The notes below the pieces were generated by a model. That model made no database searches, was not told the origin of the DNA, and was given only the letters and a program-made list of their open reading frames with translations. A DNA stretch of 64,000 nt from assembly GCA_963797095.1 (NCBI GenBank), contig CAWCNY010000005.1, positions 640,001 to 704,000 of the forward strand, written 5' to 3'. Origin of the DNA: an uncultured Chloroflexia bacterium. Lineage in GTDB: Bacteria > Chloroflexota > Chloroflexia > QHBQ01 > JADMIH01. Shown in pieces: positions 41,027 through 50,855 of this stretch (positions are counted from its first letter, which is position 1; every line of letters starts with the position of its first letter). The position numbers and the translations under genes were made by a program.

Positions 41027-42115
41027 GTGGCACCTGAGAACAAGAATAGCATAGGCGAAGGGCGAACGCAACGGTCGGGATCGAGAAGGACCGGAGAGGC
41101 AATTGAACCGGGGCGGATCGCAATCAGATTACACAGTGATGAGAACCCGTATGGGTGTTCTTTGAACGTGCAGGATGTGCTGGCGAGCACCGACCAATAC
41201 CATCTCCCGGCGGACCCGGTATGCACAGACCTGCGGGAGGCATTGAGCGAATATACGGGCTTCGCGCCCGACCGGATCGTGGCGGGGGCGGGAACGGGCG
41301 AGCTAACGGAGAGGCTGTTACACGGGTTCCTTGAGCCGGGCGACGCGCTGATTACTTGCCCACCGTCGCTACCGCAGCCGTCGCTGGGGGCGTCACGGGC
41401 GAGGGTGGCGGTAGTGCAGGTGCCGCGCACCGAGCGGTTCGATATTGACCCGGATGCCATTATCACGACCATGCGGCGGCAGACTAACATCAAGATGGTG
41501 GCACTATCGTCGCCAAACAACCCGACGGGGAGCGTGACCAACCACAGCGCGATCATCAGGCTGTTGCAGACAGGGGTATGGGTGCTGGTGGACGAGAGCT
41601 ACTTCGAGTTCTGCGACCGCACTGTCGCGCCTTTTGTGACGGAGTTCGACAACCTGGTGGTGTTGAGGTCGTTCGGGCCGTGGGCGGGGCTGCACGGGCT
41701 GCCGGTGGGGTATGCGCTGGCGTCGAACCGGGTGGTGGCGCGATTGCAGAGGCTGGCGACACCGGGGGGATTGAACAGCGCGGCTCAATTGGCTGGGATC
41801 GCTTCGTTGCAGGATAGGGAGAATTTGCTGGGGAGAGTGCGTAGATTGAGGCTGGAGAGGGGAAGGTTGTTCAGGCAGTTGAGGAAGCTGAACCTGGTGC
41901 AGCCTTATTCGTCGGGTGCGAATTTTATGCTGTGCAGCGTGTTACGGGGGCAGGCTCTGATGATACAAAGGCATTTGCAGGAGGACGGCATCCTGGTGAA
42001 GTCGATTGCCGATAGGTGGCTGCCAAACCACCTGCGGATAGGGGTGGGCAGGCCGGACGACACAAGCGCGCTGATCGCGGCGCTGAAGAAGCTGGCGGGG
42101 CAGGAGAGGATATAG
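41027..42115 (+). CDS. HisC-like aminotransferase homolog lacking the PLP lysine
   Basis: ENPYG, SPNNPTG, DESYFEF, ANF, LRIGVG present; the RTFSK motif reads RSFGP. Confidence 0.85.
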   Translation: MAPENKNSIGEGRTQRSGSRRTGEAIEPGRIAIRLHSDENPYGCSLNVQDVLASTDQYHLPADPVCTDLREALSEYTGFAPDRIVAGAGTGELTERLLHGFLEPGDALITCPPSLPQPSLGASRARVAVVQVPRTERFDIDPDAIITTMRRQTNIKMVALSSPNNPTGSVTNHSAIIRLLQTGVWVLVDESYFEFCDRTVAPFVTEFDNLVVLRSFGPWAGLHGLPVGYALASNRVVARLQRLATPGGLNSAAQLAGIASLQDRENLLGRVRRLRLERGRLFRQLRKLNLVQPYSSGANFMLCSVLRGQALMIQRHLQEDGILVKSIADRWLPNHLRIGVGRPDDTSALIAALKKLAGQERI

Positions 42116-42116
42116 G

Positions 42117-42220
42117 GTGACGAGTAACGAGTAACGAGTGATTACTTCGTACTGCGTACTGCGTATTGCTTACTCCGTCACTCGTCACTCGTCACTCGTC
42201 ACTCGTCACTCGTCACTCGT
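42117..42220. repeat. Nested inverted heptamer repeats
   Basis: GAGTAAC/GAGTGAC arm, TACTGCG core, (GTCACTC)6 arm. Confidence 0.85.
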
Positions 42221-42231
42221 TATGAACTAAC

Positions 42232-43143
42232 ATGAGTATTGTGCTCGCTTATCTGGTGGCCGGGGTGATCGGGTATTTGGGTTACCGGGCGAGGGCGCTT
42301 ACTTGGGATGGGGCGGTGGCGGCTTGCCTGGTTGGTGGGACGATCTTCGGGTTCGGGGGCTTGGGGTGGGCGCTGCTGCTGGTGGTGTTCTTTGTGTCTT
42401 CTAGCGCGCTGTCGTTTGTGGGTGGGAAGGATTCGCGGAAGAGGCAGGCGGCGGCCATGTTCGAGAAAGGCGGGCGGCGGGATGCGTGGCAGGTGGCTGC
42501 GAACGGCGGGGTGGCGGCTTTAGCGGCTTTGGGGGCGGGGATTGCTCGTGAGGCGCTTGCGAGTAGCGACCAGCAGATAGACATAGTCATTTCATGTTAT
42601 TACTTGTTCGTAGGGGCATTGGCGGCGGCCACTGCCGATACCTGGGCCACTGAGGTAGGTGTGTTGAGCCAAACGGACCCCAGGCTGGTGACAACCGGGA
42701 AGAAAGTGCCGACAGGCACGTCAGGTGGGGTGACGGTTCTTGGGAGCGGGGCTGCGCTGGTGGGAGCCGGGCTGATCGGGCTGGCGGCAATAGTCATAGT
42801 GACCGTGGGACCTGATCCTTTCTCAATACCGGGCCATTTGATCGGCATCCGGTATTGGATATTGTTGCCGGTGGCGCTCGTGGGTGGATTGGGTGGGATG
42901 CTAGTCGATAGCTTGCTTGGTGCTACAGTGCAGGCTCAGTATATATGCCCGGCATGCAATAAGCCGACGGAGAGCAGAGTGCACAGGTGTGGAACGAAGA
43001 CTACGCCGGTACGCGGCTTGCGTTGGGTCAATAATGATGTGGTGAATCTGGCAGGTACTGCGATAGGGGCAGTAGCGGGTGTATTGGTAGTGGGCATCAT
43101 GCCGATGGTAGAGGGTCCGATTATGGACTTCATAAGCAGGTAA
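42232..43143 (+). CDS. DUF92 (TMEM19-like) membrane protein
   Basis: RDAWQVAANGG, ADTWATEVG, VPTGTSGGVT, DSLLGATVQ, NDVVN. Confidence 0.92.
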   Translation: MSIVLAYLVAGVIGYLGYRARALTWDGAVAACLVGGTIFGFGGLGWALLLVVFFVSSSALSFVGGKDSRKRQAAAMFEKGGRRDAWQVAANGGVAALAALGAGIAREALASSDQQIDIVISCYYLFVGALAAATADTWATEVGVLSQTDPRLVTTGKKVPTGTSGGVTVLGSGAALVGAGLIGLAAIVIVTVGPDPFSIPGHLIGIRYWILLPVALVGGLGGMLVDSLLGATVQAQYICPACNKPTESRVHRCGTKTTPVRGLRWVNNDVVNLAGTAIGAVAGVLVVGIMPMVEGPIMDFISR

Positions 43144-43192
43144 TTGTGTATAATTGAGTGCAATCTGTAGTCAGTTTGAGCAGGAGAAGCAT

Positions 43193-43711
43193 ATGGACGA
43201 TATGACGAGCAACAATATGGAGGGCGCTTCGGGGCGCTCAGAAGCAGAGATGGCCTGGGACGCGGAGTTCGCGAATATGGAGGAACCTTCGGGGGGAGGG
43301 CTTACGGGCACACTGGATGGCGTGGCTAAATTGCTGATTAAGCTGCCTGCCGCGCTGGTGCAGCTCCCCATGGCGATCCTGCCGGAGGATACTCAGAAGC
43401 ACGCACGGGCGGCACTTTTGGAAAGCTTCCTGGCGGTAAGGTCGCTTTTGAGCGCGGTGGGAGATGGGATCGAAGGGGCATTGAGCGATTCCGGGCAGAA
43501 GAAGGCGACATACAAAGGCCCGCAGGGGACCTGGGGTGCGGGGCGATACAGCGGCTCAAGCAGGCCGCCGGGCAAGGTGCAGAGGATCGAGGTACAGGAC
43601 GAGGTGAGCGAGGCCGGGGGCGGAGATGGATCGGGCACGCGCATCACGATCGATGACCTGGCCGACTCCAATGAGGAAGGGCGGGGGTTGCGGGCGGATA
43701 TTGATTATTGA
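43193..43711 (+). CDS. Hypothetical acidic protein
   Basis: AGGAG RBS before ATG 43193; co-oriented with DUF92. Confidence 0.65.
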   Translation: MDDMTSNNMEGASGRSEAEMAWDAEFANMEEPSGGGLTGTLDGVAKLLIKLPAALVQLPMAILPEDTQKHARAALLESFLAVRSLLSAVGDGIEGALSDSGQKKATYKGPQGTWGAGRYSGSSRPPGKVQRIEVQDEVSEAGGGDGSGTRITIDDLADSNEEGRGLRADIDY

Positions 43712-43783
43712 GGACGAGTGACGAGTGACGAGTGGTGAGTGGCGAGTTATTTTGGTTTTGAAGCAATCTTGCTGATTATATGA

Positions 43784-43812
43784 ATGGGGGCCGTTGGTGG
43801 CCCTCATTTTTG
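43784..43812 (+). terminator. Putative intrinsic terminator
   Basis: ATGGGGGCC-GTTGGT-GGCCCTCAT followed by TTTTG, between convergent genes. Confidence 0.55.
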
Positions 43813-43828
43813 TTGGGCGGGGACCCGG

Positions 43829-45241
43829 TTAGCGGGCGTTGGGGGGTGGGATCGGGAAGATCTTACCGGGGTTGAGGAGGTTGTGGGGGTCGAGCGCCCA
43901 TTTTATGCGCTGCTGCATTTCTATGGTGGTGGCGTCGAGGCTTTCGGGCAGGAAATCGCGTTTGAGGGTGCCTATGCCGTGCTCGCCTGAGAGGGTGCCG
44001 CCCAGTTCGACGGCGGCTTCGAGGATCTCGCGGGCGGCGGATTGGACGCGGGCCATCTCTTCGGGGTCGCGCAGGTCGCAGAGGATGTTGGGGTGGAGAT
44101 TGCCGTCGCCGATGTGGCCGAAAAGTGGGATGGCCAGGCGGTGGCGCAGGGCGATATCTTCGACGTGGCGCACCATAGCGGGGATCTGGGCGCGTGGGAC
44201 GGAGATGTCTTCGCCGAATTTGTTGGGCTTGAGGCGGGAGACGGCGGGAGAGACGGCGCGTCGGGCTGCCCAGAGGGCGTCACTCTCGGATTGGGTGGCG
44301 GCCTGCCGCACGTCTAGCGCCCCGCTTTGCTTGCAGAGAATGGCTATACGGGCGAGTTCGTCATCTACCACACGGCGGTCGGAGCCATCCTGGTCTATGA
44401 GGAGGATGGTTTCGGCATCGAGTGGGAGGCCGAAGTCTTTGTAGGCCATGACGGAGCGGATGGAGGCGTTATCCATCATTTCGAGGGCGAGTGGGAGGAT
44501 ACCCGCGAGGAGGATGCGATTGACGGTGTCGGCGGCATCATCGAGACGTGAGAAGATTGCCATGACGGTGCCCCGGTGGGGCGGTTTGGGGATTAGGCGG
44601 AGAGTGATTTCGGTGATGATGCCGAGGGTGCCCTCGGAGCCTGTGAATAGCTGGGTGAGGTTGTAGCCGGTCTGGACTTTGATCATTTTGCCGCCGGTGC
44701 GGATGATACGGCCACCGGCGAGCACCACTTGAAGGGCGAGGACGTAGTCGCGAGTGGTGCCGTATTTGAGGCAGCGTGGGCCTCCGGCAGAGGTGGCTAC
44801 GTTGCCGCCGATGGTGCACTGGCGCAGGGATTGGGGGTCGGGCGGGTAGAAGAGGCCGTGCTTCTCGACTTCGGCCTGGAGATTGGCGGTGACTACACCG
44901 GGCTGGACGGTGATGGTCATGTTGGCGGTATCGATTTCGAGAACGCGATTCATGCGGGTCAAGTTGATGACTAGACCGCCCTGGGTGGCAAGAGCGCCCC
45001 CGGCCATGCCCGTGCCACCACCACGCGGGACGATGGGGACGCCGAGGTTGGCGGCGATTTTGACGGCGGTGGAGATCTCTTCGGCGGTGAGAGGGGAAAG
45101 GACGGCGTCTGGCTTACCCAGGGACCAGGTGGCATCGTAGGAGTAAACGGCGAGGTCCTCTGGGGTGGTCTGGACCTGGTCGGGAGGGAACGCGGCGCGT
45201 AGCTGGGCCGCCAGGGTGGTAATGGTCTGCTGTGAGATCAT
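43829..45241 (-). CDS. glcD: FAD-linked oxidase, glycolate/D-lactate dehydrogenase subunit GlcD-like
   Basis: PRGGGTG, FYPPDP, GSEGTLGII, GHIGDGNLHP, GEHGIG, LNPGK; start reset to the ATG 6 nt after TACAAT. Confidence 0.88.
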   Translation of the reverse strand: MISQQTITTLAAQLRAAFPPDQVQTTPEDLAVYSYDATWSLGKPDAVLSPLTAEEISTAVKIAANLGVPIVPRGGGTGMAGGALATQGGLVINLTRMNRVLEIDTANMTITVQPGVVTANLQAEVEKHGLFYPPDPQSLRQCTIGGNVATSAGGPRCLKYGTTRDYVLALQVVLAGGRIIRTGGKMIKVQTGYNLTQLFTGSEGTLGIITEITLRLIPKPPHRGTVMAIFSRLDDAADTVNRILLAGILPLALEMMDNASIRSVMAYKDFGLPLDAETILLIDQDGSDRRVVDDELARIAILCKQSGALDVRQAATQSESDALWAARRAVSPAVSRLKPNKFGEDISVPRAQIPAMVRHVEDIALRHRLAIPLFGHIGDGNLHPNILCDLRDPEEMARVQSAAREILEAAVELGGTLSGEHGIGTLKRDFLPESLDATTIEMQQRIKWALDPHNLLNPGKIFPIPPPNAR

Positions 45242-45502
45242 GAGGATATTGTACTTTAATTGGAACCATAAAGGCACGAAGAGCGCTAGGAGATCACAAA
45301 GCTCTTTAGCCTTGTGCCCGTCCCTATTGATATTCGGTTGGGGAGAGCGGGCACACAGGCGGCCTGGGAGCAAATGGCATTTGGCAAAGCTTGCTAGATT
45401 GGGTCTTGAAGATATTTCCGACGCAAACGATTAGCTCGTAATCGAATCGTGCTCGAATTGAAGAAGCATCCTTACCAGGACAGGGCAGCTTCTTCATCGA
45501 GG

Positions 45503-48500
45503 CTATCGAAACTGGAGCCCTCGGGTTTGGCAGTCGGGATAGAAGGTGTTGGCTACAATCTTGGAGGTCTGCCCCCTCGTCGCGTTGTTGCCTGGGCGGA
45601 AGTAGGGCAAGCTGTCCGGGCCGCAAGGCTCTCCCACTCCTCCACATAGGTAACCCGACATCACCCCTCGAGATCCTAGCCGCTGGATGAAGTCGTAGAA
45701 TGGGGAGGCCGGCTCCACATCCTCGAACAACCGGTCTCCAGGCGGATCGGAGAGGCCCGCGGCATTGGACACTATCTTTGATATCTGACCTCGTGAGGCG
45801 TTGCCGTTAGGCCGGAAGTAAGGCAGACTGGCGGGGCCGCAAGGCTCTCCCACGCCGCCACAGGTATAACCGCTCACATAATCCCGGTCTGATAGTCTCC
45901 AGATGTAGTCGTAGAACGTCGAGCCGGGGGCTACGTCCTGGTACTGCTGCTCGCCCGTAGTTTCGGTGAAGTGCGCCGCATTGGCCACTATCTTAGCAAG
46001 CTGCCCTCTTGTGACATTATTGTTGGGTTTGAAGCACAGGCCGCCCGTCTCGCAGCCAGAGGTATACCCGTTGATGATGCCCCGACAAGCCATGCACCTG
46101 ACGAAGCTGTAGAAGGTGCTATCCGAAGGCACGTCCGTGAACTGGATCGCACAGGCTGAAGGGGTTGCGGTAGCTGTGGGAGCGGGAGTGGGAATGGTTG
46201 GGCATGGGTCGTACCGTTCTATCAACGTGCGGCCAATCTCATAGTATCCGCCCGCCCACACACTATTGCCTGATGATACAGCCACTCCATAGAGGGTGGT
46301 GTCAAGTGCGCCCAGATCTGGACTCGGCACTATGCTCCAGGCGCTCCCATCCCAGTGCTCTATCAGCGTGCGTGGGTGAAAGGTGTAGAAGTTGGTGTCG
46401 CTGTCATAGTAGCCTACAGCCCACACATCGTTGGCTGATACCGCGGCAACGCCGGTCAAGGAGGGCTCTAGCTCGTACAGATCCTCATGGGGAGTGTATA
46501 CAACGTTCCATGTGCTCCCATTCCAGCGCTCGACAAAAGTCATCCATTGCTGGTTTTCGGCGGGCATAGGGCTCACCTCAACTAAACGACGCCCCACCGC
46601 CCACGCATCGGTGCTCGACAACGCATCTACTGCATTGAAGGAACTGGCGAGGGTGACATCGTCTGGAGGATCAGGGCTTGGAACCACACTCCATACGCCC
46701 CCACTCCAGTGTACCGTGAGTGTGTGTGATCCATTGCCGGTGTAGCCTACAGCCCATACATCATTGCTTGATATCGCCGTTACGCCGGTAAGGTAGTTGC
46801 TGTGATCGCCCACATTTGGGCTGGATGCAACACTCCACGCACTCCCATCCCAGTGCTCGATCAACGTCAGGTCGCGACCAACAGTGCTGTTATGATATCG
46901 CCCCACCGCCCATGCATCGTTTGCCGAGACCGCCGCTACCCCAGTAAGCGCGGTGTAGCCGGTGCCCGTATCGGGGCCTGGCACCACGCTCCACATGCTC
47001 CCATCCCAATGCATCGTCAGCGTCTTGTATTCGCTCTCTGAAGTGGAATAACGGTAACGCCCTACGGCCCATAGATCATCATTGGAGACCCCCGATACCG
47101 CCTGGAGATAGTTGTCGTATGTGCTCGCGTTGGGACTGGGCACCACACTCCAAGCGCTCCCGTCCCAGTGCTCTATCAATGTTCGGTACGCGCCGACATC
47201 GGAATCGTCATGATATCCGACAGCCCACACATCGTTGGCCGAAACCGCAGTTATTCCCTCGAATGTACCACAATTGCAACCGAAATTGTCGCTTGGCACC
47301 ACACTCCATGCACTCCCGTCCCAATGCTCTATCAGCGTCTGATCTCGGTTGGCGCTGCTGTTATGGTACATTCCTGCGGCCCATATATCGCTGCCCGATA
47401 CGACAGCCACTCCGCCCAGGTAGCTGCCTGGACCCATATCCGGGCTGGGCATCACGCTCCATGAGAGCCCGTCCCAATGCTCTATCAGCGTCTGGGTCTG
47501 AGAATTGTTGTTGGAGTATGCGCCTACAGCCCACACATCGCTTGCGGATACCGCTCCTACTCCCCTGAGGTAGCCGTATGCGCCCACAGTAGGGCTTGAT
47601 ACTACACTCCACGCGCTCCCGTCCCAGTGTATGGCCAGCGGCTGGTGCGTTGCAAGAGTCATTTCACCTACAGCCCACACGTCGTTGCTGGATACCGCAG
47701 ATACCGAACTCAACGAGTTCCAGCCTTCTATGATAGGAGTCGGCACTATGCTCCATGCACTCCCATCCCAGTGCATCACCAGCATATTCTCACCGGTGCC
47801 AACATAACCCACTGCCCAGATGTCGTTGCTTGATATTGCAGCCACATCACCCAGGCCGCTGAACGTGCCTACGCTGGGGCTTGGCACCACGCTCCACTCG
47901 CTCCCGTCCCAGTGCATGGTTAGCGGGCGCGTCGAGCTATCCCTGTACTGGCCTACAGCCCACACATCATTAGCCGATACTACTGCTATTCCACCCAGGT
48001 AGCTCTCACTCCCCATAGTTGGATTTGGCACCGCACTCCACTCGCTCCCGTCCCAGTGCATGGTTAGGGCACGATAAATCGACGGCTCGGTGACGGATAA
48101 GCCAACAGCCCACACGTCGTTAGCCGATACTCCAGCAACATCAGAAAGGTGATCGATGTCGCCGATAGGTTCGTATGAAACAGCGCTCCAGGTGCTCCCA
48201 TCCCAATACTCCAGTAAGCCCCAATCTCGACCCCAGGCCCACAGATCCTCAGCAGACACTGCTGCTATCCCACTCAGTTGTCCTTCCGGCGGGCCCACGG
48301 TCGGGGTTGGCACGAGGGTCCAGTCGGGTCCGCACTCCGGCGTATACGGCAGATCAAGTACAGGTTGCGCTTTCTCCGCCTGAGCCGAAGCCGAAGTCAG
48401 GTTCGCAGCGGACGTTGCAGCTGAGCTATTGGCGTTTATGAGCACCAAGCCGATTGCGGTAACAAGGATCGCGATAATCGCGGCGGTGATTTGCAGGGCT

Positions 48501-48511
48501 TTCGTCTTCAC
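45503..48511 (-). CDS. Secreted beta-propeller repeat protein with C-terminal SLH-like domains
   Basis: Signal peptide; more than 12 repeats AVS.NDVWAVG..TL.EHWDGSAWS.VPSP; PT linker; FTDVP..STFY, FKPNNNVTRGQ, FRPGNNATRGQ. Confidence 0.88.
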   Translation of the reverse strand: MKTKALQITAAIIAILVTAIGLVLINANSSAATSAANLTSASAQAEKAQPVLDLPYTPECGPDWTLVPTPTVGPPEGQLSGIAAVSAEDLWAWGRDWGLLEYWDGSTWSAVSYEPIGDIDHLSDVAGVSANDVWAVGLSVTEPSIYRALTMHWDGSEWSAVPNPTMGSESYLGGIAVVSANDVWAVGQYRDSSTRPLTMHWDGSEWSVVPSPSVGTFSGLGDVAAISSNDIWAVGYVGTGENMLVMHWDGSAWSIVPTPIIEGWNSLSSVSAVSSNDVWAVGEMTLATHQPLAIHWDGSAWSVVSSPTVGAYGYLRGVGAVSASDVWAVGAYSNNNSQTQTLIEHWDGLSWSVMPSPDMGPGSYLGGVAVVSGSDIWAAGMYHNSSANRDQTLIEHWDGSAWSVVPSDNFGCNCGTFEGITAVSANDVWAVGYHDDSDVGAYRTLIEHWDGSAWSVVPSPNASTYDNYLQAVSGVSNDDLWAVGRYRYSTSESEYKTLTMHWDGSMWSVVPGPDTGTGYTALTGVAAVSANDAWAVGRYHNSTVGRDLTLIEHWDGSAWSVASSPNVGDHSNYLTGVTAISSNDVWAVGYTGNGSHTLTVHWSGGVWSVVPSPDPPDDVTLASSFNAVDALSSTDAWAVGRRLVEVSPMPAENQQWMTFVERWNGSTWNVVYTPHEDLYELEPSLTGVAAVSANDVWAVGYYDSDTNFYTFHPRTLIEHWDGSAWSIVPSPDLGALDTTLYGVAVSSGNSVWAGGYYEIGRTLIERYDPCPTIPTPAPTATATPSACAIQFTDVPSDSTFYSFVRCMACRGIINGYTSGCETGGLCFKPNNNVTRGQLAKIVANAAHFTETTGEQQYQDVAPGSTFYDYIWRLSDRDYVSGYTCGGVGEPCGPASLPYFRPNGNASRGQISKIVSNAAGLSDPPGDRLFEDVEPASPFYDFIQRLGSRGVMSGYLCGGVGEPCGPDSLPYFRPGNNATRGQTSKIVANTFYPDCQTRGLQFR

Positions 48512-48529
48512 GGTTTGATCCTTCCCTCA

Positions 48530-48660
48530 GTTCGCTCTCGTCGTCTGACCAAAGACTTTGAGAGACTGCCACAGACGAGCGAAGCCTTCATTTATGTGGC
48601 GATGATACGCCTTATGGTTAGGAGATTGGCTCATCATGGATGGTTTTCAGACCCTTTCTC
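48530..48660 (+). mobile_element. IS5-family transposase 3' remnant with probable right end
   Basis: RRLTKDFERLPQTSEAFIYVAMIRLMVRRLA followed by TTTTCAGACCCTTTCT. Confidence 0.75.
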
Positions 48661-48840
48661 ATACATTCATACGTCGCACGTCCTCGACGCAGTACAACGT
48701 CACATGGCCCTATTGCTTTTGCGAGAGCCATGTGTGGTGAGAGGTGTTATGTTATGAGCACTTCTACTGTAGCGCACCAGGGTGTAAAGCTGGGTAAATA
48801 CAGGTGAATGCCGGGCAAGAAATGCCAGCTAAATTGCAGG

Positions 48841-48940
48841 CACGCCCGGGTTGGCGGCGATCGTGACGGCTGTGGGGATTTCTATTTGGGCCGCCAGGGT
48901 GCTATTGGCCTGCTGTGATATCATGCGGATATTGTGCTGC
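48841..48940 (-). pseudogene. Decayed, internally deleted duplicate of the glcD 5' end
   Basis: Matches ~45039-45080 joined to ~45203-45252. Confidence 0.7.
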
Positions 48941-49077
48941 GCCCAGACGATTCTATTGGTTACCACAGAGACACAGAGACACAGAGGTTATTTTTGGGTT
49001 TTGGAACACGAAGAAGTGGAGGAGGCGAAGACAGCTTATTTGAATGATATGTTTGAGAGGCGGGTGTAAGTACTTGA

Positions 49078-50526
49078 TCATGCTTCGACTTCGGTGGCGG
49101 GCGGCAGGTTCAAGAGGCCTTCCATCGCATGGAACTCGTACATCTGCATGAGAGCGCGCATCTTGGGGTCCATGTGCTGGTAGAGCGCTTCGGTGAGGCC
49201 CTTGCGGATCTCGGGAGGAAAGAGCTTGGCGAACTTGTTGCTCTCGATGGCGATGAAGAGCTTGTAGTAGTCGAGCAGGGCGGTGGGGTCGATGTTGAGG
49301 TCCTGGTCGGTGAGGCGGATCTTGCCGATGTGCATACGGACCTTGAGGCGATTTTCGCGGGCGAAGCGATTTAGCTCGTACTCGAACTCCATTGCCTTGC
49401 GAGAATAACCGTACATGACAAGCTTGATGTAGATAGCTTCGACTGTGTATTTGAATAGCTCCATGACGGTCTGCTTGTCGGGCGGGACGGGCTGAACCAG
49501 GCTGAGCTTGGTGAGGCCGTGGAGGAGCTTGGCGGTGTCGAACTGGGTGCGCTGGCGCTTGCGGGCGATGCTCGATACGTCGCTGACACCGTCGACCATC
49601 GCCAGGACTTCGCGGGCTTCGTCGGAGAGAGGGCCGGTGACGGGGCGTGGGAGGCGGCGGAAAGCCATGAGGACGGAAGGGATGATAGGCGAGATGCGTA
49701 TCCACTCGTCAACGCGGCGTGTGCCTTCGATAATGAGCTTTTCGGCGCTGACCGAGACGGGGATTCCATCGGCTTTGACCAGGAGGTCGCCCTGAAAGGT
49801 GAAGCGGCAGTTTCGCCAGAGGAAGAGGGTGTAGATGGTAGTTTCGAGAGTTTGCTCTTCGCACCACTGAAGCTCTTCCTGGGTGGCGAGTTTGTATTTG
49901 AGAAGGATGGCGGCCTGATCGGGGGTCTGATTGCCGCCGGAGGCGACAGTATAGTCGGGCAGAGTGAAGGAGTCGACGTTGTCTAAATTGCCCATATAGG
50001 GGTCGGTGCGGGTGGAAACGGACATATCGGCGAGGACGCCGCTGTTGAGGACGCGCCTGGACTTGGCAGCGCTCTCGCGAGAGGCACTGGAGCTATTACC
50101 GTTGGAATGGCTGGAGCCGTTGCTGCTCTCGTGCCCATTGCCGTTGGAGGAGGAGGCAACGACAGCGTGAGGGGCTGTGCTATGGCCGTTGAGAGAGGGG
50201 GCACCTGGCTCGGAGTTGGGTTCCAGGTGTTCGGGGTCCTGCACGCCGAGGGTCTTTTTCCAGTTGGGACCGAGGGTTTGGACCAGTTTCTTGGGCGTGA
50301 TCTGGCCGGACTGGAGAAGCATTTCGACAGGCGTGGGGAGGCGAGTGGCCGCCGCTATGTAAGTTATGCGGCCCTGTTCGTAGCAGATGGTGCGGGTGTT
50401 CCAACCCTGGATGAGGGTGAGGGTCCCGGTTTTCTGCGTGAACGATAGAGTTTGAAGAAGGTCGGAAAGGCTGAAGCAGCCAATACGTCCTTGTAGGTCA
50501 AAATCGTCTTTTTCTGTGTTATCCAT
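49078..50526 (-). CDS. DUF4388 (PATAN-like) domain protein
   Basis: LQGRIGCFSLSDLLQTL...KTGTLTL, LFLWRNCRFTF, LIIEGTRRVDEW. Confidence 0.82.
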   Translation of the reverse strand: MDNTEKDDFDLQGRIGCFSLSDLLQTLSFTQKTGTLTLIQGWNTRTICYEQGRITYIAAATRLPTPVEMLLQSGQITPKKLVQTLGPNWKKTLGVQDPEHLEPNSEPGAPSLNGHSTAPHAVVASSSNGNGHESSNGSSHSNGNSSSASRESAAKSRRVLNSGVLADMSVSTRTDPYMGNLDNVDSFTLPDYTVASGGNQTPDQAAILLKYKLATQEELQWCEEQTLETTIYTLFLWRNCRFTFQGDLLVKADGIPVSVSAEKLIIEGTRRVDEWIRISPIIPSVLMAFRRLPRPVTGPLSDEAREVLAMVDGVSDVSSIARKRQRTQFDTAKLLHGLTKLSLVQPVPPDKQTVMELFKYTVEAIYIKLVMYGYSRKAMEFEYELNRFARENRLKVRMHIGKIRLTDQDLNIDPTALLDYYKLFIAIESNKFAKLFPPEIRKGLTEALYQHMDPKMRALMQMYEFHAMEGLLNLPPATEVEA

Positions 50527-50721
50527 CGTGCTGCCTAACGCTATGAGCAGAGGCGTGGTATATCCACCCCACAGGCACAGCTGGAGCATGGAGTTTTCCG
50601 AATAGCCTGCGGGTATGGTCTCCCTGCGTATATCTTAGCAAGGTAAGGACGGATGGGGAACGGGAAAATGGTACTACACGTATGCAGACATAGGGGGCAG
50701 GACCGGGGAGTGGCGAGTTGT

Positions 50722-50812
50722 TGGTAGTCGGTAGTCGGTTGCCGGCAGTCGGAGGACCATAGTGGTTCCTGGTTCTGGCAACTGACTGCCGACTACCGAC
50801 TACCGACTACCG
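50722..50812. repeat. Inverted heptamer repeat pair (GGTAGTC / GACTACC)
   Basis: Visible directly; encloses a CCTGGTT unit. Confidence 0.85.
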
Positions 50813-50855
50813 CCTCCGTTGCGTTTGGGGTGCGAATTTCGGTATAGTAAAAATT

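Noticed and set aside
45503-48511. Diversity-generating retroelement target/template pair among the propeller repeats
   Set aside because: No reverse transcriptase in the window, and repeat differences are not adenine-specific as far as can be seen by eye.
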